Shown: positions 10,453 to 20,292, counted from the stretch's first letter. The stretch: 64,000 nucleotides of DNA from Parcubacteria group bacterium (GCA_016186395.1 JACPLU010000001.1:5036-69035); one strand, 5' to 3'. The notes: a model not told the origin generated them from the sequence alone. Translations and numbers: made by a program.

Positions 10453-11340
10453 ATGTTTAACCTATACAACAAAGTTATCAAGGTAATTATTTGCATTTTA
10501 ATATTAATCAACGGATTAGTATTTTCACTCTCTCTAAGTCTTAAAGATAACGATGAACTTAAAATCTATTTTTTTGACATTGGTCAGGGTGACAGTATTT
10601 TTGTTGAGACTCCAAGTCGCAAACAAATTTTAATTGATAGTGGACCTTCAACAAGAGTCGTTCAAAAGCTTGGTAAAGTAATGCCATTTTTTGATCATTC
10701 AATAGACACGTTAATACTTACTCATACTGATAAAGATCATATCGGCGGGATGCCGGAAGTATTAAATCGTTTTAAGGTAAGGTCAATTTTAGATACCGGT
10801 ATTATTTGTATTACATCAATATGTGACGAGTATAATAAAGCAGTTGGAAATGAATTAAGCCATGGTGCTGTCAGAGTTTTGACGCATACCGGACAGAGGT
10901 GGGATTTTGGGGATGGAGTGTTTTTAACTATTTTAAGTCCTTTTGAGAAATTGGATCAGGTCGAGGTTTCAAAGCCAAACGAAACATCTGTCGTTGTAAG
11001 GCTTGATTATGCGGGGCGTTCAGTTTTGTTTACAGGAGACATCGGTGGGCAGACAGAAGAAAAATTAGTTCTTGCCGATATAAAACTTAAAAGCGATATT
11101 TTGAAGGTTCCTCATCATGGAAGTAAATATTCAAGTTCGGATATTTTTCTGAAGTCGATTGATCCTGACTATGCTGTAATCAGTGTAGCCGCAAAGAATT
11201 CTTATGGTCATCCTACCAAGGAGGCACTGGAAAGACTTGCAAATTCAGGCGCAACTTTGTATCGTACTGATGAAGATGGGGATATTTTACTACATATAAA
11301 CAGTAAAGGAAAGTTATGGTTAGAAAAAAACAAAATCTAA
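10453..11340 (+). CDS. Metallo-beta-lactamase domain protein (the ComEC C-terminal domain encoded as a separate ORF with its own signal/TM)
   Basis: HxHxDH motif (ILTHTDKDHIGG), then D at GDIGG, and H at VPHHGSKYSS. It starts 2 nt after the ComEC stop. Confidence 0.8.
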   Translation: MFNLYNKVIKVIICILILINGLVFSLSLSLKDNDELKIYFFDIGQGDSIFVETPSRKQILIDSGPSTRVVQKLGKVMPFFDHSIDTLILTHTDKDHIGGMPEVLNRFKVRSILDTGIICITSICDEYNKAVGNELSHGAVRVLTHTGQRWDFGDGVFLTILSPFEKLDQVEVSKPNETSVVVRLDYAGRSVLFTGDIGGQTEEKLVLADIKLKSDILKVPHHGSKYSSSDIFLKSIDPDYAVISVAAKNSYGHPTKEALERLANSGATLYRTDEDGDILLHINSKGKLWLEKNKI

Positions 11341-11954
11341 AAAATAAGAAAACAGCATTAGACTTTATTCACCCACTACATGAGCGTACCTTTGTTTTAG
11401 TAAAGCCAGACGGATTGTTGAGGGGCCTTGTTGGTGATATTCTCTCCCGTTTTGAAAAACGTGGTTTAAAAATCATAGCCTTAAAAATGGTATGGCCCAC
11501 ACGAGAACACGTTTACAAACATTATCCTGAATCAGAAGATTGGTTTTCTAACATAGGTTCAAGAACCTCAGAGTTTTTTAAAGAACATAACATGAGAGTT
11601 GAAGACCATTTTGGAACTAAAGACGAAGTCAGAATAGGGAGAAAAGTTAAAGATTGGTTGGGAGACTATTTAACACAGGGACCGGTTGTAGCAATGATAA
11701 TTCAGGGAATGCATGCGATTAAAACAGTACGAAAGTTGGTTGGGCACACTTATCCAATTGAGGCTTTGCCGGGAACCATAAGAGGCGACTTTTCGGTGGA
11801 TACTCCAACCGCAGCAAACGTAGAAAAAAGAGTGGTTAAAAATATTATTCATGCCTCGGGTAATCTAAAGGAGGCAGAACATGAAATTGAACACTGGTTT
11901 AGTCCCGAAGAAATCTATTCTTATAAAAGATCCGATGAAAGCACAATGTTCTAA
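11316..11954 (+). CDS. ndk: Nucleoside diphosphate kinase (with an insertion)
   Basis: ERTFVLVKPDG...GDILSRFEKRGLKIIALKM, and the active-site region IHASGNLKEAEHEIEHWF. Confidence 0.85.
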   Translation: MVRKKQNLKNKKTALDFIHPLHERTFVLVKPDGLLRGLVGDILSRFEKRGLKIIALKMVWPTREHVYKHYPESEDWFSNIGSRTSEFFKEHNMRVEDHFGTKDEVRIGRKVKDWLGDYLTQGPVVAMIIQGMHAIKTVRKLVGHTYPIEALPGTIRGDFSVDTPTAANVEKRVVKNIIHASGNLKEAEHEIEHWFSPEEIYSYKRSDESTMF

Positions 11955-11961
11955 AGATTAA

Positions 11962-11984
11962 AAAAAGCGTTCCATTGGAACGCT
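11962..11984. terminator. Bidirectional terminator between ndk and the sigma factor gene
   Basis: aaaagcgttcc-attg-gaacgctttt perfect hairpin. Confidence 0.6.
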
Positions 11985-11985
11985 T

Positions 11986-12660
11986 TTAAGTAGGGTTGGG
12001 AATATCATATTTTTTAGGTTTGGCTTTGACGTTGAGCATATGTTGGACTTTAAGTCTGGCTTTATGAAGCTGACTTTTTGTGGTTCCGGCTGTTACGCCG
12101 AGAAACGCACCAACTTCCTCGTGCTCATATCCTTCTATATCATGGAGAGACAAAACTGCTAAATAACCGCGTGACAATTTAGGGATGACTTGTTTTAAAG
12201 TTAAACATTCCGTGTCTAAATTGTATTGTTGGTATCCGAATCTAGGGTCGTGATCAATTTTTCTAGATGTGCCAAGAATATCATCTTGATAACTGCCTTC
12301 TTTGTTTCTTTTAGTTTTTAATGTTCTAAGCGCCATTAAGGCTTGATTTACACTTAAACGATATAGCCAAGTAGAAAATGAAGAGTTCCAACGAAAAGTA
12401 TTTAGTTTTCTTACTACCTGCCATATTGCTATTTGGGTCACTTCTTCTGCTTCGTCGGGATTGCCTATTATTCTTAAAATGATTGAATAAACTCTTCTTT
12501 TATAAATTTGGTAGAATTCAGACCATAGGTCTTCAAACTCTTGGCCATTGTTTTGATGGTTGTTAGGGTCGTACTTTTGGAGTTTTCTAATGAGTTCATC
12601 CTTGTTGTGTATGTCTAATTTGTCTTTTTTTGTGGCTACAGCTGTAGTGGTATTTGTCAT
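11986..12660 (-). CDS. Sigma-70 family (ECF-like) RNA polymerase sigma factor
   Basis: Region 2 (NPDEAEEVTQIAIWQVVRKLNTFRWNSSFSTWLYRLSVNQALMALR). Region 4 HTH (LSLHDIEGYEHEEVGAFLGVTAGTTKSQLHKARLK). Confidence 0.8.
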   Translation of the reverse strand: MTNTTTAVATKKDKLDIHNKDELIRKLQKYDPNNHQNNGQEFEDLWSEFYQIYKRRVYSIILRIIGNPDEAEEVTQIAIWQVVRKLNTFRWNSSFSTWLYRLSVNQALMALRTLKTKRNKEGSYQDDILGTSRKIDHDPRFGYQQYNLDTECLTLKQVIPKLSRGYLAVLSLHDIEGYEHEEVGAFLGVTAGTTKSQLHKARLKVQHMLNVKAKPKKYDIPNPT

Positions 12661-12720
12661 TTCCTCACCTGTTTTTAGAGAACTAATTTATTGAGGTCAG
12701 TTTAGCCCAAGTATTTTAAA

Positions 12721-12760
12721 AGTCAAACCCCATTCTTGAGTTCAAGAATGGGGTTTGACT
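12721..12760 (-). terminator. 18-bp perfect inverted repeat; terminator of the minus-strand tRNA unit
   Basis: gtcaaaccccattcttga-gt-tcaagaatggggtttgac. Confidence 0.5.
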
Positions 12761-12769
12761 TTTCTTGAT

Positions 12770-12819
12770 TGGTCAGGGTGCCGGGATTTGAACCCGAACT
12801 ACATCCACTTTCACCCGCC
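12770..12819 (-). pseudogene. 3'-half tRNA remnant (T-arm, acceptor 3' strand, encoded CCA) lacking D and anticodon arms
   Basis: Minus strand reads GGCGGGTGAAAGTGGATGTAGTTCGGGTTCAAATCCCGGCACCCTGACCA. It has a canonical T-arm and CCA but cannot fold into a cloverleaf. Confidence 0.5.
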
Positions 12820-12833
12820 TAATTTTTTATCAA

Positions 12834-12904
12834 TCGGGGTATTGGGATTCGAACCCAAATTAAATCCACCCCATGGACTCGTGCTACCGTTGCACTATAC
12901 CCCG
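12834..12904 (-). tRNA. tRNA-Pro (anticodon GGG)
   Basis: Manual fold gives a 7-bp acceptor CGGGGTA/TACCCCG, D-stem GTGC/GCAC, anticodon stem AGTCC/GGATT with loop ATGGGGT (U33, GGG, G37), T-arm TTGGG-TTCGAAT-CCCAA, discriminator A. CCA is not encoded. Confidence 0.8.
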
Positions 12905-12915
12905 TAGTTTTAATA

Positions 12916-13116
12916 TTAAGCCGGTAATTTTGTCAGGCTTTTAATGCATTGAGTGCAGATTTGCATTCTTTTAATGCCTTTGGGTGTTGAGATTTTCGCC
13001 CACTGTAAATTAGGGTACTGTCTGTACTTTTTTGTAGGATTATAATGGCCACGCAAAAGTTTGCGTTTAACTGCCATAATTGCTTTTTTACCGCATGTTG
13101 GACAACGAGTAGCCAT
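12916..13116 (-). CDS. rpmB: 50S ribosomal protein bL28
   Basis: CPTCGKK...YPNLQ...GIKRMQICTQC matches the L28 pattern (C..CGK...PNLQ....RM..C..C). Confidence 0.8.
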   Translation of the reverse strand: MATRCPTCGKKAIMAVKRKLLRGHYNPTKKYRQYPNLQWAKISTPKGIKRMQICTQCIKSLTKLPA

Positions 13117-13127
13117 GAGAATTAAGT

Positions 13128-13214
13128 TTAATGTCTAGTGACTAAAGTCTAGAGTCTAGGGTCTAAAGACTTTAAAAAATTTTGCTTTAGACTTTAGCCA
13201 TTAGACTTTAAGCC
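13128..13214. repeat. Family A hairpin repeat
   Basis: taatgtctagtgactaaag...gtctaaagac-tttaaaaaattttg-ctttagac tttagccattagactttaag. Confidence 0.8.
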
Positions 13215-13224
13215 TTATTCACTG

Positions 13225-13872
13225 TTGTTACTTTACCATTTTCATGATACTTTTACAAGCATACTTATGCTTGTAGTTTTATTTAAAATAATCGTTGTTT
13301 TGTTCTCGGTTGTTATTCACGAGGTTTCCCACGGCCTTATGGCATATAGATTAGGAGACCCGACGGCGAAAAGGTTAGGTCGTCTTACATTAAATCCTTT
13401 TCCTCATTTAGATTTATTTGGGTCAATTCTTTTGCCATTTCTATCCTTTATGTTTGGCGGTTTTGTCTTTGGATATGCAAAACCAGTCCCATATAATCCA
13501 TTATTCTTGAGGGATCAAAAATACGGACCAGCAAAGGTGGGTTTTTCTGGACCGGCGTCAAACTTAGTTTTGGCCGTAATATTTGGATTGATTTTAAGAT
13601 TCCTCCCGCCATTTTTATATCAAACGTCTATTCCCGAGCTTTTTACTTTTATCGTTTTTATAAATCTCGGCCTTGCTATATTTAATTTAATGCCAGTTCC
13701 TCCGCTAGATGGCCACTGGCTTTTGTTGTCGTTTTTGCCAGATAGATTTTATCGGCTTAAACAAATGTACTCTCAATACGGTTTATTATTGTTTTTTGTT
13801 TTTTTGTTCATCGTCTTTCCTTTAATCCTGCCGCTAGTTCAAATATTATTCAGGTTAATCGTGGGAGTGTAA
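13225..13872 (+). CDS. Site-2 protease family (peptidase M50) membrane metalloprotease
   Basis: HEVSHG zinc motif in a TM helix, and LNLMPVPPLDG (NxxPxxPLDG motif). Confidence 0.75.
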   Translation: MLLYHFHDTFTSILMLVVLFKIIVVLFSVVIHEVSHGLMAYRLGDPTAKRLGRLTLNPFPHLDLFGSILLPFLSFMFGGFVFGYAKPVPYNPLFLRDQKYGPAKVGFSGPASNLVLAVIFGLILRFLPPFLYQTSIPELFTFIVFINLGLAIFNLMPVPPLDGHWLLLSFLPDRFYRLKQMYSQYGLLLFFVFLFIVFPLILPLVQILFRLIVGV

Positions 13873-13991
13873 AAAGTTCGTTTTTGACTATTTTTGACTG
13901 ACAGATGGTCAAATGTTAAACTATTGAAATTAGAAGATGCTTTTGGTAACATACTAAAGGCCTATAAGGCCTTTTTGATTGCAATTTAAAT

Positions 13992-14408
13992 ATGCCGACA
14001 TTTAATCAACTTTTAAAAAAATCTAAAACTAGAAGAATTTCAAAGGCGAAAACAAAATCGCCCGCTTTATCATTTGGATTCAATACTTTAAAGAATAAAC
14101 CGAGTTTTTATCCAGCGCCGTTTAAAAGAGGGGTTTGTTTGCAAGTGAGAACAACAACGCCAAAAAAACCAAATTCAGCTTTACGTAAAATCGCCAGAGT
14201 GAGATTGACTAACGGAATGGAGGTTACTGCTTATATCCCTGGTGTGGGGCACAATCTTCAAGAACACTCGGTGGTTTTAATAAGAGGAGGCAGGGTTAAA
14301 GATTTACCCGGTGTTCGTTATCATATTGTTAGAGGAGTATACGACTCTGGAGGGGTTGAGGGTCGTAAACAACAAAGATCAAAGTACGGCGCAAAAAGAT
14401 TGAAATAA
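13992..14408 (+). CDS. rpsL: 30S ribosomal protein uS12
   Basis: [36 protein letters not shown]. Confidence 0.95.
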   Translation: MPTFNQLLKKSKTRRISKAKTKSPALSFGFNTLKNKPSFYPAPFKRGVCLQVRTTTPKKPNSALRKIARVRLTNGMEVTAYIPGVGHNLQEHSVVLIRGGRVKDLPGVRYHIVRGVYDSGGVEGRKQQRSKYGAKRLK

Positions 14409-14423
14409 GTTTTTGTCTGGTGG

Positions 14424-14482
14424 CAAAAGTCTAAAGCAAAATTTTTTAAAGCCTTTAGACCTTAGTCTTTAGACTCTAGACG
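14424..14482. repeat. Family A hairpin repeat
   Basis: gtctaaagc-aaaattttttaaagc-ctttagac cttagtctttagactctagac. Confidence 0.8.
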
Positions 14483-14485
14483 GAT

Positions 14486-14953
14486 TTGAGAAGAGGCCCA
14501 ATAACCAAAAAATTGTTAGAACCAGATTTAAAATATCAGAGTTCTTTGGTTACCCGTTTTATAAATTATGTAATGGATTCAGGTAGGAAGTCAGCTGCCA
14601 AAAAGATCGTTTATGGAGCCTTAGCTCACGCTGAAAAAAAAGTTAATAAACCTGCCCTAGAAATTTTAGATGCTGTTATTAAAAATGCCGGTCCGGAACA
14701 GGAACTACGCTCTCGGAGAGTCGGCGGCGCTAATTATCAGGTGCCTCATCCAGTAAACGCGGATAGAAGAGTAACTTTAGCGTATCGTTGGATTATCGCT
14801 GCGGCTCACTCTAAAAAAGGAAAACCAATGTCAGAAAAACTTGCTCAGGAGTTAATTGACGCCTTTAATAATACTGGAATCGCAGTCAAGAAAAAGACAG
14901 ACACACATAAAATGGCCGATGCGAATAAAGCTTTTGCTCATTTTGCGTGGTAG
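14486..14953 (+). CDS. rpsG: 30S ribosomal protein uS7
   Basis: S7 pattern (DSGRKSAAKKIVYGAL...RRVGGANYQVP). Confidence 0.95.
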   Translation: MRRGPITKKLLEPDLKYQSSLVTRFINYVMDSGRKSAAKKIVYGALAHAEKKVNKPALEILDAVIKNAGPEQELRSRRVGGANYQVPHPVNADRRVTLAYRWIIAAAHSKKGKPMSEKLAQELIDAFNNTGIAVKKKTDTHKMADANKAFAHFAW

Positions 14954-14993
14954 AATTTTTCGCCTTTCTCAATAAAATATAAAATTGAAAGAA

Positions 14994-15198
14994 CTTGATA
15001 AATAATACTCTTTCTCTTTCTTCGCAAACCCCAGCGTGGTTTGCTCAGGGGTTGAGCTCTTTGCTCTTATCCAACTCTTTCTTTTGAAAGAGCTGGGTAA
15101 ACCATGCCCGTCCCGATTTCTGCTCCGCAGAATCGAGGATCCTCGATAGCATCGGGACTACGGGCTCAAAACCCGTTCAAGAGTATTATTCACCAAGT
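14994..15198. mobile_element. MITE-like element, copy 1 (about 205 bp; 19-bp TIR CTTGGTGAATAATACTCTT; palindromic core AATCGAGGATCCTCGATT; central hairpin cassette variant 1)
   Basis: Left end cttgataaataatactctt and right end aagagtattattcaccaag are inverted. Both arms are nearly identical to the inverted arms of the 30098-30317 copy. It is inserted between rpsG and fusA. Confidence 0.8.
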
Positions 15199-15266
15199 TC
15201 AATTGAAAAGGTAAATATTAAAATGACAAATAAATTTTAAATTTTGCATTGTCATTCTGAATTTTT

Positions 15267-17381
15267 ATGAGGGACTACCCAATCGAAAAAACTCGTGACA
15301 TAGGAATCATCGCTCACATAGATGCTGGAAAAACTACGGTAAGTGAGCGTGTTTTATTTTATACCGGAGTTTCGCATAAAATAGGCGAGGTGCACGAAGG
15401 AGAAGCAATAATGGATTGGATGGAACAAGAGCGTGAACGTGGTATTACAATTACTGCTGCTGCAACAACGACTTTTTGGATTCCAACTGATAAAACAAAT
15501 GCTCCAGATAGAAAGAATTACGAACATAAAATAAATATTATAGACACTCCAGGACATGTTGATTTTACGGTTGAAGTTGAGCGTTCTTTAAGAGTTTTAG
15601 ATGGAGCCGTAGTTGTTTTTGACGGGGTTGCTGGAGTAGAGCCACAGTCTGAAACTGTTTGGCGTCAAGCAGACAAATATAAAGTTCCCAGGGTATGTTT
15701 TATAAACAAACTAGACAGATTGGGGGCATCTTTTGAGCGTTCTTTTCAATCTATTTTAGATCGTTTAACCCCCAACGCTGTAAGAATGCAAATTCCCGAT
15801 GGACACGAAGATAAATTCTTGGGAGTCGTGGACCTTTTGACAATGAGATATTATACATTTGAGGGAAAGTCTGGAGAAAAGATTGAAGAACATGAAATCC
15901 CCGAAAATCTAAAATTAGACGCAGAAAGATATCATCATGAGTTAGTAGAGAAAATAGTGGAGCAAGACGAAATTTTAATGAATCAATATTTGGAAGGTAA
16001 AGAGCCGTCAACATTGGAATTAATGAGGGTTTTGCGAGATGCGGTTTTAAATTATAAATTAGTTCCTGTATTTTGTGGAGCCGCATTAAGAAATAAGGGA
16101 GTGCAATTTATGTTGGATGCAGTTGTGCATTATTTACCATCGCCGTTAGATGTACCTCCGGTTAGGGGAATTAACGTTAAGACCGGGGAAGAAGAACTAA
16201 GAGAAACAAAAGATGATGCACCTTTTTCAGCCTTAGCATTTAAAGTAGCAACAGACCCATATGTGGGACAGTTAACTTACTTTAGGGTTTACTCGGGGCA
16301 GTTAAAAGCCGGATCGTATGTTTTAAACACTTCGAGCGGTCAACAAGAACGTGTCGGCAGAATTTTACAGATGCATGCCAATGAGAGGAAAGAAATGCAA
16401 GAAGTTTATGCTGGTTATATTGCGGCAACGGTTGGTTTAAAAAGTACAAAAACTGGACACACCCTTTGTGATCCGGAACACCCAGTTAGGTTGGAAGAAA
16501 TTACTTTTCCTGAACCAGTTATTTCTTTAAGAATTGAACCAAGGACTAAGGCTGATCAGGAAAAAATGGGAGTTGCTTTAAAAAGATTATCCGACGAGGA
16601 TCCTACATTTCGTCTTAAGGGAGATGAAGAAACAGGGGATACCATTATTTCAGGAATGGGAGAGTTGCATCTTGAAATAATTGTAGATCGAATGAAAAGA
16701 GAATTTGGGGTTGAGGCGAACGTCGGCCGGCCACAGGTAGCTTATAAGGAAACAATTCAGAAGTTGACTGAAAGTGAAGGGAAATATATTCGTCAATCCG
16801 GAGGCCGCGGACAATATGGACATGTTTGGTTGCGTTTAGAGCCGTTGGAACGAAGTAAGGGGTATGAATTTGTAAATGCTCTTAAAGGTGGAGTTATACC
16901 AAATGAGTTTGTTCCGGCAGTTGAGAAGGGGGTAAAAGAAGCTATAGAAAAAGGAATATTGGCTGGTTACCCGGTGGTAGATGTAAAGGTTACTGTTTAT
17001 GATGGGTCTTATCATGAGGTTGATTCGTCAGAAATGGCATTCAAGATTGCCTCCTCCATTTCTTTTCAGGAAGGAGCAAAAAGAGCCAATCCAATTATTT
17101 TGGAGCCCATTATGAAGGTTGAAGTTATAATGCCGGATTCGTTTTTGGGTGAGGTAACTGGGGATCTTAATTCCAGGAGAGGTCAAATTTTCAATATAGG
17201 CGATAGAACGGGCTTGAATCTAAAAGTTATTGATGCTAAAGTGCCATTGGCTGAAATGTTTGGTTATGCAACGACTATAAGGTCTTTAACTGAAGGTCGT
17301 GGAACATTTACGATGGAGTTTGGCAATTACGAACCAGTTCCAGCAAGTATCGTACAGCAGATCGTAGAGGGGAAGAAGTAA
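15267..17381 (+). CDS. fusA: Elongation factor G
   Basis: G1 [17 protein letters not shown], and full EF-G length with domains IV and V. Confidence 0.97.
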   Translation: MRDYPIEKTRDIGIIAHIDAGKTTVSERVLFYTGVSHKIGEVHEGEAIMDWMEQERERGITITAAATTTFWIPTDKTNAPDRKNYEHKINIIDTPGHVDFTVEVERSLRVLDGAVVVFDGVAGVEPQSETVWRQADKYKVPRVCFINKLDRLGASFERSFQSILDRLTPNAVRMQIPDGHEDKFLGVVDLLTMRYYTFEGKSGEKIEEHEIPENLKLDAERYHHELVEKIVEQDEILMNQYLEGKEPSTLELMRVLRDAVLNYKLVPVFCGAALRNKGVQFMLDAVVHYLPSPLDVPPVRGINVKTGEEELRETKDDAPFSALAFKVATDPYVGQLTYFRVYSGQLKAGSYVLNTSSGQQERVGRILQMHANERKEMQEVYAGYIAATVGLKSTKTGHTLCDPEHPVRLEEITFPEPVISLRIEPRTKADQEKMGVALKRLSDEDPTFRLKGDEETGDTIISGMGELHLEIIVDRMKREFGVEANVGRPQVAYKETIQKLTESEGKYIRQSGGRGQYGHVWLRLEPLERSKGYEFVNALKGGVIPNEFVPAVEKGVKEAIEKGILAGYPVVDVKVTVYDGSYHEVDSSEMAFKIASSISFQEGAKRANPIILEPIMKVEVIMPDSFLGEVTGDLNSRRGQIFNIGDRTGLNLKVIDAKVPLAEMFGYATTIRSLTEGRGTFTMEFGNYEPVPASIVQQIVEGKK

Positions 17382-17389
17382 GTTTTTGT

Positions 17390-17677
17390 CTGAACACAGT
17401 GACTTGTGATGAGCTTGCTTGCCCTGAACTTGTTGAAGGGGTTGAATCAAACGAGCACAGTTATAAAAAGTTACCCAGCCCCACTTTTACTATTTGAATA
17501 ACGGCAATTTAAAGCTTTAAATTGCCGGGCTAAATGGCCTTATATAATCTTTTAGTAGTAAGTTCATATTGCAATGGTAAAAGTGGAGCTGGGTGCGGAT
17601 AACTGTGGTTATTCGCTTCCTAAAACATTTTTCAAATGTTCGGGCTAGTCCGTGCGTAGGCACTACGCCCTAGGACG
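17390..17677 (+). other. Non-coding structured segment between fusA and tuf
   Basis: acccagccccacttttac (17472-17490) pairs with gtaaaagtggagctgggt (17578-17596). It encloses the perfect hairpin cggcaatttaaag/ctttaaattgccg. A further GC-rich hairpin is gcgtaggcactacgc. Confidence 0.4.
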
Positions 17678-17706
17678 ATCATTATTCAATATAATTGAAT
17701 AATGAT
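17678..17706. promoter_or_regulatory. 29-bp operator-like palindrome (13-bp perfect arms, 3-bp spacer), 26 bp upstream of ORF 17732
   Basis: atcattattcaat-ata-attgaataatgat. Confidence 0.5.
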
Positions 17707-17731
17707 TTAGTCGCTCATAAACATTTATCGC

Positions 17732-18112
17732 ATGCTAACTAAGGAATTACAAAATTTAACTGATAAATTGGGAGGTGTGGTTTTGGTTGAGGATGGTAAC
17801 CCTAAATTTGTTTTACTTTCATATAAGAAATTTAATGAATTATCTGGTGGTAATGGACTTGAGCCACATAATGATCCAACAATAGTCGCCCACGAATCAA
17901 TTAATAGTGGGTTTGAACATGTAAGTTCGGGAATCTCCAACAAACAAAACGAATTAGTAAATTTGTATCAGACAAACAGAACAGAACCTGTAATAATTGA
18001 GGACGGTGAATTAATTGAAAGATTAAACAAAGAGATTATGACCCTAAAAGAAGAAATTGAAGCAAAAGAGAAAGAGCTTGGTTTAACGGCGGATGTGGAG
18101 AGTATTGGATGA
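17732..18112 (+). CDS. Small hypothetical protein: Phd/YefM-antitoxin-like N-terminus plus C-terminal coiled coil
   Basis: N-terminus LTKELQNLTDKLGGVVLVEDGNPKFVLLSYKKFNEL resembles the Phd/YefM fold pattern. C-terminus LIERLNKEIMTLKEEIEAKEKEL. No toxin partner is present. Confidence 0.4.
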   Translation: MLTKELQNLTDKLGGVVLVEDGNPKFVLLSYKKFNELSGGNGLEPHNDPTIVAHESINSGFEHVSSGISNKQNELVNLYQTNRTEPVIIEDGELIERLNKEIMTLKEEIEAKEKELGLTADVESIG

Positions 18113-18247
18113 GGATAAAAGAATGTTTGACGGTTTATTTTTTCCTGTTATAATAACATAGGAATTACTTCTATATATAAAGACAAAGGGATGGAAACAA
18201 GGGGCAAAGCCGTTTGTTCTCTATTACCTGTCGCTTAAAGCTCATTT

Positions 18248-19450
18248 ATGCCAGAAAAATTTGAAAGGAATAAACCACATATGAATGTCGGAACCGTTGG
18301 TCATGTTGACCATGGAAAGACTACATTAACTGCGTCAATTTTACATGTCGCTAATTTGTTATCTGGCCAAGGCTATAAAGCCAGAGTCGAGGGGGTCAAT
18401 GATATTGATAATGCTCCAGAAGAAAAAGCTCGAGGTATTACTATTGCCCTTCACCATTCCGAATACGAAACACCCAAAAGGCATTATGCGCACGTAGATG
18501 CTCCTGGGCATGCAGATTATATCAAAAATATGATAACCGGTGCCGCTCAAATGGACGGTGCGGTTTTAGTTGTGTCAGCCGCAGATGGCCCAATGCCTCA
18601 AACAAGGGAACACATTCTTTTGGCTCGTCAGGTTGGTGTGCCATCAATTGTTGTATTTTTAAATAAAGCTGATCAAGTTTCTGACCCGGAGCTTATTGAT
18701 CTTGTAGAAACTGAAGTTAGAGAGCTTTTGAATAAGTATCAATTTCCTGGTAACGAGACCCCAATTATTAGAGGTTCAGCGCTTAAAGCATTAGAGGCAA
18801 AGTCTGCTGACGACGAAGCAGTTAAACCAATTAAACAACTTTTAGACACATTAGATTCTTACATGCCTGAACCGGTTCGAGATATGGATAAGCCATTTTT
18901 AATGCCAATTGAAGATATTTTTTCTATTGAAGGCCGAGGCACTGTAGTTACCGGAAAAGCGGAAAGAGGAAAACTAAAGTTAAATGATACTGTTGAGATT
19001 GTGGGTCTTAAGCCAACTCAAAATACTGTAATTACTGGAGTTGAAATGTTTAATAAACAGATGGATGAAACTATTGCTGGAGATAATGTTGGTTTATTAT
19101 TGCGTGGTTTGAAAAAAGAAGACGTAATGAGAGGACAAGTACTTGCCGCTCCTGGTTCTATAACTCCTCATACCGAATTTGACGCGGAGGTTTATATTTT
19201 AACCAAAGAAGAAGGCGGAAGACACACCCCATTTTTTAAGGGTTATAAACCCCAATTTTATGTAAGAACTACAGATGTAACTGGAGAAGTGATTTTACCA
19301 GAAGGTACTGAAATGGTAATGCCAGGAGATACCGTAAATTTGAAGATTAAATTAATTGCTCCGATTGCCTTAGAGGTAAAGATGAGATTTGCCATAAGAG
19401 AGGGGGGTAAAACTGTTGGTGCCGGAGTGGTTACAAAGATTACAGCGTAA
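18248..19450 (+). CDS. tuf: Elongation factor Tu
   Basis: [40 protein letters not shown]. Confidence 0.97.
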   Translation: MPEKFERNKPHMNVGTVGHVDHGKTTLTASILHVANLLSGQGYKARVEGVNDIDNAPEEKARGITIALHHSEYETPKRHYAHVDAPGHADYIKNMITGAAQMDGAVLVVSAADGPMPQTREHILLARQVGVPSIVVFLNKADQVSDPELIDLVETEVRELLNKYQFPGNETPIIRGSALKALEAKSADDEAVKPIKQLLDTLDSYMPEPVRDMDKPFLMPIEDIFSIEGRGTVVTGKAERGKLKLNDTVEIVGLKPTQNTVITGVEMFNKQMDETIAGDNVGLLLRGLKKEDVMRGQVLAAPGSITPHTEFDAEVYILTKEEGGRHTPFFKGYKPQFYVRTTDVTGEVILPEGTEMVMPGDTVNLKIKLIAPIALEVKMRFAIREGGKTVGAGVVTKITA

Positions 19451-19454
19451 ATGG

Positions 19455-19565
19455 AATACAAATTTACAAATGATATGCGAATGCAACAAATAATATTATG
19501 TATCAAATAGTAAGCATGAATTATTCGTACGTGCGCATTCGTAGCGCGCTATTAGCATACTGTTC
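19455..19565. repeat. Family D leader-like repeat (diverged copy) upstream of rpsJ
   Basis: caaatttacaaatgatatgcgaatgcaac and attcgtacgtgcgcattcgtagcgcg resemble the 24023 and 26152 copies. Confidence 0.5.
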
Positions 19566-19573
19566 TTTAGAAA

Positions 19574-19909
19574 ATGCCCACTAAAAAACCCAAAAAAGAG
19601 GAGTTACAACAGAGAATTAGGATCAAACTAAAAGCGTTTGACGGTAGAGTTATTGACCGTTCAACAAAACAGATTGTTGAGACTATTGAACGTTATGGCG
19701 CAAAGATGATTGGTCCAGTTCCGTTACCTACAGAAATTTCAAGAGTAACGGTTAACAGGTCACCTTTTGTTCACAAAAATAGTAGAGAGCAATACGAAAT
19801 GAGAGTGCATAAGCGCTTAATTGATATTTTAAACCCAACCCCACAGATTATAGATTCTTTGATGAATTTAAACCTGCCCGCCGGAGTAGATATTGAAGTT
19901 AAAATGTAA
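19574..19909 (+). CDS. rpsJ: 30S ribosomal protein uS10
   Basis: [10 protein letters not shown]...GPVPLPT...[16 protein letters not shown]. Confidence 0.95.
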   Translation: MPTKKPKKEELQQRIRIKLKAFDGRVIDRSTKQIVETIERYGAKMIGPVPLPTEISRVTVNRSPFVHKNSREQYEMRVHKRLIDILNPTPQIIDSLMNLNLPAGVDIEVKM

Positions 19910-19914
19910 ATAAC

Positions 19915-19995
19915 GTTCTGTGAGCCCGCCTATGGGCGAGACGAGCGGCTAGCGGAATTTATCCCGAGGAGCATAAGCGACGAGGGACGGATTCT
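19915..19995 (+). other. Anomalously GC-rich segment immediately after rpsJ
   Basis: gagcccgcctatgggcgagacgagcggctagcgg...cccgaggagcataagcgacgagggacgg, in an otherwise AT-rich context. Confidence 0.35.
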
Positions 19996-20124
19996 TTAAA
20001 AAATGGAAAACGAACCAAAAACTGAAAAATATTTTCTCAACAAAGACGAAAAATAGAGATTCTTGGCTCAATTAAAGTTGCAGCATTAGAGATACAAAAA
20101 AGGGCGGCAGAGCTGATTGACTTA

Positions 20125-20277
20125 ATGCAACAAGCAGAAGACAATATTGATAAGAATGGGGAAATAACTATGACCGAAGATCTAAAAGAAGGTGTTCTTA
20201 GAGGAATCTATAATATAAAAAGGAGGCAAGAAGTTTTTTCTCGGATTGAGCATATAGAAGAGTTTAAGGATAAATAA
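20125..20277 (+). CDS. Possible small ORF (50 aa from the ATG; open from 20032) in the rpsJ-rplC spacer
   Basis: MQQAEDNIDKNGEITMTEDLKEGVLRGIYNIKRRQEVFSRIEHIEEFKDK. Not in the supplied track. Coding status uncertain. Confidence 0.25.
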   Translation: MQQAEDNIDKNGEITMTEDLKEGVLRGIYNIKRRQEVFSRIEHIEEFKDK

Positions 20278-20292
20278 AATTATTCCCTTCCT

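Noticed and set aside
11986-12904. Intact integrase or prophage next to the tRNA remnant
   Set aside because: No integrase, recombinase or phage genes are present. Only a sigma factor gene and a tRNA fragment, so at most a decayed scar.
17390-17730. tmRNA, SRP RNA or 6S RNA in the fusA-tuf spacer
   Set aside because: No tRNA-like 3' end and tag-ORF, no GGAAG...AGCAG SRP domain IV motif, and no 6S-like central bubble could be recognised. Retained only as an unclassified structured segment.
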